NCBI GenBank assembly: GCA_002189035.1
Contig: NEEC01000425.1
Span: 1-19,161 of the forward strand
Source: Utricularia gibba
Taxonomy: Eukaryota; Plantae; Magnoliophyta
DNA length: 19,161 nt
Direction of reading: 5' to 3'
Shown: in pieces, positions 9,023-19,161 of the stretch
Numbering within the stretch: position 1 is the stretch's first letter
Layout: every line of letters begins with the position of its first letter
The notes under the pieces: model-generated
What the model saw: the letters and a program-made list of their open reading frames with translations, nothing else
Told to the model about the DNA's origin: nothing
Database searches by the model: none
Position numbers and translations under genes: made by a program

Positions 9023-12000
9023 ATCATGAATTTCGTGGCATCACTTATCCCAACACTATTATACTCCAGGTACGCAAAAATGTTTACTTTTAACGAATCC
9101 AGTGCACGTGTGATTTTTCGGCTGCACCCGAATGGTGATGCGCAATGAAATGACTAGGTCGCACATCCTGGTCCACGAAGCACCTCTTCCAAAACATGCA
9201 GAGCCTAACTCTTCCTAGCACACCATTGGGCCCTATTCGTGCTCCAAGTAGTATAATTGGAGTTACGTTTGTCCGATAACTGTGGACATATTAAAAACAA
9301 ACCACAACGAAAAGTGTCTTACGTGTCCTTCCTTGGTGGCTGCGTTTAATATTGTGCTTCTCGTTCTCGAAATTGATGCAAACAAGATACACGGCAAAAG
9401 AATCAAATAGCCACTAGAGACATGGTGTATGGGAATGGTGCATCAAGAATCAGAAGTATCATGGCAACTAATTGCATCAATCAACAGCCAAAACATATGG
9501 TGTCAAACTTCATCGGATATGCGATCAAGATGGAAAAAAGTCACATGTTACATCATGAATTTCGTGGCATCACTTATCCAACACTATTATACTCCAGGTA
9601 CGCAAAAATGTTTACTTTTAACGAATCCAGTGCACGTGTGATTTTTCGGCTGCACCCCGAATGGTGATGCGCAATGAAATGACTAGGTCGCACATCCTGG
9701 TCCACGAAGCACCTCTTCCAAAACATGCAGATGCTAACTCTTCATAGCACACCATTGGGAAGCCCTATTCGTGCTCCAAGTAGTATAATTTGGAGTTAGT
9801 TTGTCCGATAACTGTGGACATATTAAAAACAAACCACAACGAAAAGTGTCTTACGTGTCCTTCCTTGGTGGCTGCGTTTAATAATGTGCTTCTCGTTCTC
9901 GAAATTGATGCAAAAGATACACGGCAAAAGAATCAAACCACTAGAGACATGTTAAGGGAATGGTGCATCAAGAATCAGAAGTATCATAGCAACTAATTGC
10001 ATCAATCAACTGCCAAAACATATGGTGTCAAACTTCATCGGATATGCGATCAAGATGGAAAAAAGTCACATGTTACATCATGAATTTCGTGGCATCACTT
10101 ATCCCAACACTATTATATACCAGGTACGCAAAAATGTTTACTTTTAACGAATCCAGTGCACGTGTGATTTTTAGGCTGCACCCCGAATGGTGATGCGCAA
10201 TGAAATGACTAGGTCGCACATCCTGGTCCACGAAGCACCTCTTCCAAAAATGCAGATGCTAACTCTTCATAGCACACCATTGGGAAGCCCTATTCGTGCT
10301 CCAAGTAGTATAATTTGGAGTTACGTTTGTCCGATAACTGTGGACATATTAAAAACAAACCACAACGAAAAGTGTCTTACGTGTCCTTCCTTGGTGGCTG
10401 CGTTTAATAATGTGCTTCTCGTTCTCGAAATTGATGCAAACAAGATACACGGCAAAAGAATCAAATAGCCACTAGAGACATGGTGTATGGGAATGGTGCA
10501 TCAAGAATCAGAAGTATCATGGCAACTAATTGAATCAATCAACAGCCAAAACATATGGTGTCAAACTTCATCGGATATGCGATCAAGATGGAAAAAAGTC
10601 ACATGTTACATCATGAATTTCGTGGCATCACTTATCCCAACACTATTATACTCCAGGTACGCAAAAATGTTTTACTTTTAACGAATCCAGTGCACGTGTG
10701 ATTTTTAGGCTGCACCCCGAATGGTGATGCGCAATGAAATGACTATGTCGCACATCCTGGTCCACGAAGCACCTCTTCCAAAACATGCAGATGCTAACTC
10801 TTCATAGCACACATTGGGAGCCCTTTCGTGCTCCAAGTAGTATAATTTGGAGTTACGTTTGTCCGATAACTGTGGACATATTAAAAACAAACCACAACGA
10901 AAAGTGTCTTACGTGTCCTTCCTTGGTGCTGCGTTTAATAATTGTGCTTCTCGTTCTCGAAATTGATGCAAACAAGATACACGGCAAAAGAATCAAATAG
11001 CCACTAGAGACATGGTGTAAGGGAATGGTGCATCAAGAATCAGAAGTATCATAGCAACTAATTGCATCAATCAACTGCCAAAACATATGGTGTCAAACTT
11101 CATCGGATATGCGATCAAGATGGAAAAAAGTCACATGTTACATCATGAATTTCGTGGCATCACTTATCCCAACACTGTTGTATACTCAGGTATGCAAATA
11201 TTTATTTTTTAACGAATCCGGTGCACGTGTGATTTTTAGGCTGCACCCCGAATGGTGATGCGCAATGAAATGACTATGTCGCACATCCTGGTCCACGAAG
11301 CACCTCTTCCAAAACATGCAGATCTAACTCTTCATAGCACACCATTGGGAAGCCCGATTCGAGCTCCAAGTAGTATAATTTGGAGTTTCGTTTGTCCGAT
11401 AACTGTGGACATATTAAAAACAAACCACAACGAAAAGTGTCTTACGTGTCCTTCCTTGGTGGCTGCGTTTAATATTGTGCTTCTCGTTCTCGAAATTGAT
11501 GCAAACAAGATACACGGCAAAAGAATCAAATAGCCACTAGAGACATGGTGTATGGGAATGGTGCATCAAGAATCAGAAGTATCATGGCAACTAATTGAAT
11601 CAATCAACAGCCAAAACATATGGTGTCAAACTTCATCGGATATGCGATCAAGATGGAAAAAAGTCACATGTTACATCATGAATTTCGTGGCATCACTTAT
11701 CCCAACACTATTATACTCAGGTACGCAAAAATGTTTACTTTTAACGAATCCAGTGCACGTGTGATTTTTAGGCTGCACCCCGAATGGTGATGCGCAATGA
11801 AATGACTATGTCGCACATCCTGGTCCACGAAGCACCTCTTCCAAAACATGCAGATGCTAACTCTTCATAGCACACCATTGGGAGCCCTATTCGTGCTCCA
11901 AGTAGTATAATTGGAGTTTCGTTTGTCCGATAACTGTGGACATATTAAAAACAAACCACAACGAAAAGTGTCTTACGTGTCCTTCCTTGGTGGCTGCGTT

Positions 12001-12204
12001 TAATAATGTGCTTCTCGTTCTCGAAATTGATGCAAACAAGATACACGGCAAAAGAATCAAATAGCCACTAGAGACATGGTGTAAGGGAATGGTGCATCAA
12101 GAATCAGAAGTATCATAGCAACTAATTGCATCAATCAACAGCCAAAACATATGGTGTCAAACTTCATCGGATATGCGATCAAGATGGAAAAAGTCACATG
12201 TTAC
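9023..12204. repeat. Dimeric higher-order repeat tract 2: (A-B) x3, after a one-monomer phase slip
   Basis: Units 17 and 18 are both T-type (T at 8901 and 9430); alternation then resumes for units 18-23. Which of the two adjacent A units is the extra one is arbitrary. Confidence 0.8.
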
Positions 12205-14331
12205 ATCATGAATTTCGTGGCATCACTTATCCCAACACTGTTGTATACTCAGGATATGCGTAAATATTTATTTTAACAATCCGGTGCACGTGTGATTTTT
12301 AGGCTGCACCCCGAATGGTGATGCGCAATGAAATGACTATGTCGCACATCCTGGTCCACGAAGCACCTCTTCCAAAACATGCAGATGCTAACTCTTCATA
12401 GCACACCATTGGAAGCCCGATTCGAGCTCCAAGTAGTATAATTTGGAGTTTCGTTTGTCCGATAACTGTGGACATATTAAAAACAAACCACAACGAAAAG
12501 TGTCTTACGTGTCCTTCCTTGGTGGCTGCGTTTAATATTGTGCTTCTCGTTCTCGAAATTGATGCAAACAAGATACACGGAAAAGAATCAAATAGCCACT
12601 AGAGACATGGTGTATGGGAATGGTGCATCAAGAATCAGAAGTATCATGGCAACTAATTGAATCAATCAACAGCCAAAACATATGGTGTCAAACTTCATCG
12701 GATATGCGATCAAGATGGAAAAAAGTCACATGTTACATCATGAATTTCGTGGCATCACTTATCCCAACACTGTTTATACTCAGGTATGCGTAAATATTTA
12801 TTTTTTAACAATCCAGTGCACGTGTGATTTTTAGGCTGCACCCCGAATGGTGATGCGCAATGAAATGACTATGTCGCACATCCTGGTCCACGAAGCACCT
12901 TTCCAAACATGCAGATGCTAACTCTTCATAGCACACCATTGGGAAGCCCGATTCGAGCTCCAAGTAGTATAATTTGGAGTTTCGTTTGTCCGATAACTGT
13001 GGACATATTAAAAACAAACCACAACGAAAAGTGTCTTACGTGTCCTTCCTTGGTGGCTGCGTTTAATATTGTGCTTCTCGTTCTCGAAATTGATGCAAAC
13101 AAGATACACGGCAAAAAATCAAATAGCCACTAGAGACATGGTGTATGGAATGGTGCATCAAGAATCAGAAGTATCATGGCAACTAATTGAATCAATCAAC
13201 AGCCAAAACATATATGGTGTCAAACTTCATCGGATATGCGATCAAGATGGAAAAAAGTCACATGTTACATCATGAATTTCGTGGCATCACTTATCCCAAC
13301 ACTGTTTATACTCAGGATATGCGTAAATATTATTTTTAACGAATCCAGTGCACGTGTGATTTTTAGGCTGCACCCCGAATGGTGATGCGCAATGAAATGA
13401 CTATGTCGCACATCCTGGTCCACGAAGCACCTCTTCCAAAACATGCAGATGCTAACTCTTCATAGCACACCATTGGGAAGCCCTATTCGTGCTCCAAGTA
13501 GTATAATTTGGAGTTTCGTTTGTCCATAACTGTGGACATATTAAAAACAAACCACAACGAAAAGTGTCTTACGTGTCCTTCCTTGGTGGCTGCGTTTAAT
13601 ATTGTGCTTCTCGTTCTCGAAATTGATGCAAACAAGATACACGGCAAAAGAATCAAATAGCCACTAGAGACATGGTGTAAGGGAATGGTGCATCAAGAAT
13701 CAGAAGTATCATAGCAACTAATTGAATCAATCAACAGCCAAAACATATGGTGTCAAACTTCATCGGATATGCGATCAAGATGGAAAAAAGTCACATGTTA
13801 CATCATGAATTTCGTGGCATCACTTATCCCAACACTATTATACTCCAGGTACGCAAAATGTTTATTTTAACAAATCCAGTGCACGTGTGATTTTTAGGCT
13901 GCACCCCGAATGGTGATGCGCAATGAAATGACTATGTCGCACATCCTGGTCCACGAAGCACCTCTTCCAAAAATGCAGATCCTAACTCTTCATAGCACAC
14001 CATTGGGAAGCCCGATTCGAGCTCCAAGTAGTATAATTTGGAGTTTCGTTTGTCCGATAACTGTGGACATATTAAAAACAAACCACAACGAAAAGTGTCT
14101 TACGTGTCCTTCCTTGGTGGCTGCGTTTAATATTGTGCTTCTCGTTCTCGAAATTGATGCAACAAGATACACGGCAAAAGAATCAAATAGCCACTAGAGA
14201 CATGGTGTATGGGAATGGTGCATCAAGAATCAGAAGTATCATAGCAACTAATTGAATCAATCAACAGCCAAAACATATGGTGTCAAACTTCATCGGATAT
14301 GCGATCAAGATGGAAAAAAGTCACATGTTAC

Positions 14332-14860
14332 ATCATGAATTTCGTGGCATCACTTATCCCAACACTATTATATCCAGGTACGCAAAATGTTTACTTTTAA
14401 CGAATCCAGTGCACGTGTGATTTTTCGGCTGCACCCCGAATGGTGATGCGCAATGAAATGACTATCGCACATCCTGGTCCACGAAGCACCTCTTCCAAAA
14501 CATGCAGATGCTAACTCTTCATAGCACACCATTGGGAAGCCCTATTCGTGCTCCAAGTAGTATAATTTGGAGTTACGTTTGTCCCATAACTGTGGACATA
14601 TTAAAAACAAACCACAACGAAAAGTGTCTTACGTGTCCTTCCTTGGTGGCTGCGTTTAATAATGTGCTTCTCGTTCTCGAAATTGATGCAAACAAGATAC
14701 ACGGCAAAAGAATCAAATAGCCACTAGAGACATGGTGTAAGGAATGGTGCATCAAGAATCAGAAGTATCATAGCAACTAATTGCATCAATCAACTGCCAA
14801 AACATATGGTGTCAAACTTCATCGGATATGCGATCAAGATGGAAAAAAGTCACATGTTAC
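14332..14860. repeat. Representative B-type monomer
   Basis: Carries the B-haplotype states CCCTATTCGTGCTCC, GAGTTACG, AATAATGTG, TGTAAGG, TCATAGC, AATTGCATC, CAACTGCC; matches unit 2 (530-1055) at the diagnostic substitution sites. Confidence 0.9.
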
Positions 14861-15395
14861 ATCATGAATTTCGTGGCATCACTTATCCCAACACTGTTGT
14901 ATACTCAGGATATGCGTAAATATTTATTTTAACAAATCCGGTGCACGTGTGATTTTTAGGCTGCACCCCGAATGGTGATGCGCAATGAAATGACTATGTC
15001 GCACATCCTGGTCCACGAAGCACCTCTTCCAAAACATGCAGATGCTAACTCTTCATAGCACACCATTGGGAAGCCCGATTCGAGCTCCAAGTAGTATAAT
15101 TTGGAGTTTCGTTTGTCCGATAACTGTGGACATATTAAAAACAAACCACAACGAAAAGTGTCTTACGTGTCCTTCCTTGGTGGCTGCGTTTAATATTGTG
15201 CTTCTCGTTCTCGAAATTGATGCAAACAAGATACACGGCAAAAGAATCAAATAGCCACTAGAGACATGGTGTATGGGAATGGTGCATCAAGAATCAGAAG
15301 TATCATGGCAACTAATTGAATCAATCAACAGCCAAAACATATGGTGTCAAACTTCATCGGATATGCGATCAAGATGGAAAAAAGTCACATGTTAC
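14861..15395. repeat. Representative A-type monomer
   Basis: Carries the A-haplotype states CCCGATTCGAGCTCC, GAGTTTCG, AATATTGTG, TGTATGGG, TCATGGC, AATTGAATC, CAACAGCC. Confidence 0.9.
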
Positions 15396-18300
15396 ATCAT
15401 GAATTTCGTGGCATCACTTATCCCAACACTGTTGTATACTCAGGTATGCGTAAATATTTATTTTTAACAAATCCAGTGCACGTGTGATTTTTAGGCTGCA
15501 CCCCGAATGGTGATGCGCAATGAAATGACTATGTCGCACATCCTGGTCCACGAAGCACCTCTTCCAAAACATGCAGATCCTAACTCTTCATAGCACACCA
15601 TTGGGAAGCCCGATTCGAGCTCCAAGTAGTATAATTTGGAGTTTCGTTTGTCCCATAACTGTGGACATATTAAAAACAAACCACAACGAAAAGTGTCTTA
15701 CGTGTCCTTCCTTGGTGGCTGCGTTTAATAATGTGCTTCTCGTTCTCGAAATTGATGCAAAAGATACACGGCAAAAGAATCAAATAGCCACTAGAGACAT
15801 GGTGTAAGGGAATGGTGCATCAAGAATCAGAAGTATCATAGCAACTAATTGAATCAATCAACTGCCAAAACATATGGTGTCAAACTTCATCGGATATGCG
15901 ATCAAGATGGAAAAAAGTCACATGTTACATCATGAATTTCGTGGCATCACTTATCCCAACACTGTTGTATACTCAGGTATGCGTAAATATTTATTTTAAC
16001 AAATCCGTGCACGTGTGATTTTTAGGCTGCACCCCGAATGGTGATGCGCAATGAAATGACTATGTCGCACATCCTGGTCCACGAAGCACCTCTTCCAAAA
16101 CATGCAGATGCTAACTCTTCATAGCACACCATTGGGAAGCCCGATTCGAGCTCCAAGTAGTATAATTTGGAGTTTCGTTTGTCCGATAACTGTGGACATA
16201 TTAAAAACAAACCACAACGAAAAGTGTCTTACGTGTCCTTCCTTGGTGGCTGCGTTTAATATTGTGCTTCTCGTTCTCGAAATTGATGCAACAAGATACA
16301 CGGCAAAAGAATCAAATAGCCACTAGAGACATGGTGTATGGGAATGGTGCATCAAGAATCAGAAGTATCATGGCAACTAATTGAATCAATCAACAGCCAA
16401 AACATATGGTGTCAAACTTCATCGGATATGCGATCAAGATGGAAAAAAGTCACATGTTACATCATGAATTTCGTGGCATCACTTATCCCAACACTGTTGT
16501 ATACTCAGGATATGCGTAAATATTTATTTTTAACAAATCCGGTGCACGTGTGATTTTTAGGCTGCACCCCGAATGGTGATGCGCAATGAAATGACTATGT
16601 CGCACATCCTGGTCCACGAAGCACCTCTTCCAAAACATGCAGATCCTAACTCTTCATAGCACACCATTGGGAAGCCCGATTCGAGCTCCAAGTAGTATAA
16701 TTTGGAGTTTTCGTTTGTCCGATAACTGTGGACATATTAAAAACAAACCACAACGAAAAGTGTCTTACGTGTCCTTCCTTGGTGGCTGCGTTTAATAATG
16801 TGCTTCTCGTTCTCGAAATTGATGCAAACAAGATACACGGCAAAAGAATCAAATAGCCACTAGAGACATGGTGTAAGGGAATGGTGCATCAAGAATCAGA
16901 AGTATCATAGCAACTAATTGCATCAATCAACAGCCAAAACATATGGTGTCAAACTTCATCGGATATGCGATCAAGATGGAAAAAAGTCACATGTTACATC
17001 ATGAATTTCGTGGCATCACTTATCCCAACACTGTTGTATACTCAGGATATGCGTAAATATTTATTTTAACAAATCCGGTGCACGTGTGATTTTTAGGCTG
17101 CACCCCGAATGGTGATGCGCAATGAAATGACTATGTCGCACATCCTGGTCCACGAAGCACCTCTTCCAAAACATGCAGATGCTAACTCTTCATAGCACAC
17201 CATTGGGAAGCCCGATTCGTGCTCCAAGTAGTATAATTTGGAGTTTCGTTTGTCCGATAACTGTGGACATATTAAAAACAAACCACAACGAAAAGTGTCT
17301 TACGTGTCCTTCCTTGGTGGCTGCGTTTAATATTGTGCTTCTCGTTCTCGAAATTGATGCAAACAAGATACACGGCAAAAGAATCAAATAGCCACTAGAG
17401 ACATGGTGTAGGGAATGGTGCATCAAGAATCAGAAGTATCATGGCAACTAATTGAATCAATCAACAGCCAAAACATATGGTGTCAAACTTCATCGGATAT
17501 GCGATCAAGATGGAAAAAAGTCACATGTTACATCATGAATTTCGTGGCATCACTTATCCCAACACTGTTGTATACTCAGGATATGCGTAAATATTTATTT
17601 TTAACAAATCCGGTGCACGTGTGATTTTTAGGCTGCACCCCGAATGGTGATGCGCAATGAAATGACTATGTCGCACATCCTGGTCCACGAAGCACCTCTT
17701 CCAAAACATGCAGAGCTAACTCTTCATAGCACACCATTGGGAAGCCCGATTCGAGCTCCAAGTAGTATAATTTGGAGTTTCGTTTGTCCGATAACTGTGG
17801 ACATATTAAAAACAAACACAACGAAAAGTGTCTTACGTGTCCTTCCTTGGTGGCTGCGTTTAATAATGTGCTTCTCGTTCTCGAAATTGATGCAAAACAA
17901 GATACACGGCAAAAGAATCAAATAGCCACTAGAGACATGGTGTAAGGGAATGGTGCATCAAGAATCAGAAGTATCATAGCAACTAATTGCATCAATCAAC
18001 AGCCAAAACATATGGTGTCAAACTTCATCGGATATGCGATCAAGATGGAAAAAAGTCACATGTTACATCATGAATTTCGTGGCATCACTTATCCCAACAC
18101 TATTATACTCAGGGTGCAAAAATTTTACTTTTAACGAATCCAGTGCACGTGTGATTTTTAGGCTGCACCCCGAATGGTGATGCGCAATGAAATGACTATG
18201 TCGCACATCCTGGTCCACGAAGCACCTCTTCCAAAACATGCAGATCCTAACTCTTCATAGCACACCATTGGGAAGCCCGATTCGAGCTCCAAGTAGTATA

Positions 18301-19161
18301 ATTTGGAGTTTCGTTTGTCCGATAACTGTGGACATATTAAAAACAAACCACAACGAAAAGTGTCTTACGTGTCCTTCCTTGGTGGCTGCGTTTAATATTG
18401 TGCTTCTCGTTCTCGAAATTGATGCAACAAGATACACGGAAAAGAATCAAATAGCCACTAGAGACATGGTGTATGGGAATGGTGCATCAAGAATCAGAAG
18501 TATCATGGCAACTAATTGAATCAATCAACAGCCAAAACATATGGTGTCAAACTTCATCGGATATGCGATCAAGATGGAAAAAAGTCACATGTTACATCAT
18601 GAATTTCGTGGCATCACTTATCCCAACACTATTATACTCAGGTACGCAAAATTTACTTTTAACGAATCCGGTGCACGTGTGATTTTTTAGGCTGCACCCG
18701 AATGGTGTGATGCGCAATGAAATGACTATGTCGCACATCCTGGTCCACGAAGCACCTCTTCCAAAAACATGCAGATCCTAACTCTTCATAGCACACCATT
18801 GGGAAGCCCTATTCGTGCTCCAAGTAGTATAATTGGAGTTCGTTTGTCCCATAACTGTGGACATATTAAAAACAAACCACAACGAAAAGTGTCTTACGTG
18901 TCCTTCCTTGGTGGCTGCGTTTAATAATGTGCTTCTCGTTCTCGAAATTGATGCAAACAAGATACACGGCAAAAGAATCAAATAGCCACTAGAGACATGG
19001 TGTAAGGGAATGGTGCATCAAGAATCAGAAGTATCATAGCAACTAATTGCATCAATCAACAGCCAAAACATATGGTGTCAAACTTCATCGGATATGCGAT
19101 CAAGATGGAAAAAAGTCACATGTTACATCATGAATTTCGTGGCATCACTTATCCCAACACT

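Larger units (their letters stand above)
12737..19126. repeat. Dimeric higher-order repeat tract 3: (A-B) x6, after a second phase slip
   Basis: Units 24 and 25 are both T-type (T at 12615 and 13146); alternation continues through unit 36 (unit 33 has the base deleted but is A-type at neighbouring sites). Confidence 0.8.
1..19161. repeat. Tandem satellite-like array, ~531-bp monomer (525-537 bp), 36 full copies + 35-bp partial, head-to-tail, no interruptions
   Basis: Anchor ATCATGAATTTCGTGGCATC recurs 37 times (1, 530, 1056 ... 18596, 19127); mean spacing 19126/36 = 531.3 bp. All intervening sequence is near-identical between copies and the ORF track repeats the same peptides in each unit. 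No unique sequence is present. Confidence 0.99.

Noticed and set aside
94-18981. The roughly 85 ORFs in the track as protein-coding genes
   Set aside because: They are the same few frames repeated per unit on both strands, mostly 60-95 aa, and change arbitrarily with 1-bp indels. I see no recognisable domain; the two cases worth testing are listed under findings.
1-19161. CRISPR array
   Set aside because: The whole 531-bp unit repeats. There are no unique spacers between short repeats, the variable block has only two alleles plus hybrids, and no cas genes are present.
1-19161. Rolling-circle concatemer of a single ~0.53- or ~1.06-kb circle (eccDNA, plasmid, viroid- or obelisk-like)
   Set aside because: A single template would give one fixed haplotype with random errors. 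Here multi-site haplotypes change regionally, recur at lags 4 and 8, and the phase slips twice. It is not fully excluded if the sequence is a blended consensus.

Overview
The whole 19,161-bp window is one uninterrupted, head-to-tail, same-orientation tandem array of a ~531-bp unit (41% GC, counted in the first unit). There are 36 complete copies plus 35 bp of a 37th, and the array runs off both ends. I find no credible gene, RNA gene, CRISPR array or transposon; the ORF track is the same few short frames recurring once per unit. It is best read as satellite DNA, probably eukaryotic; a plant subtelomeric/knob-type satellite is a tentative, unverified guess. The internal organisation is layered. 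(i) Two monomer haplotypes alternate as a ~1.06-kb A/B higher-order repeat with two phase slips. (ii) Local 4-mer (~2.12-kb) periodicity is superimposed. (iii) A ~41-bp hypervariable block switches between two diverged alleles in long runs, independent of the A/B phase. (iv) Each unit has a stem-loop whose two common alleles differ by a compensatory A-T/T-A swap. (v) A cryptic reading frame spanning nearly the whole unit is closed by a different stop codon in each of A and B but open in three recombinant units. Many 1-bp indels sit on the polymorphic sites, suggesting long-read/consensus artefacts, so fine details need read-level confirmation. Unit starts, anchored on ATCATGAATTTC: 1, 530, 1056, 1590, 2123, 2653, 3183, 3714, 4249, 4776, 5303, 5835, 6369, 6903, 7433, 7961, 8488, 9023, 9552, 10077, 10610, 11142, 11675, 12205, 12737, 13269, 13802, 14332, 14861, 15396, 15929, 16461, 16998, 17532, 18067, 18596, 19127.
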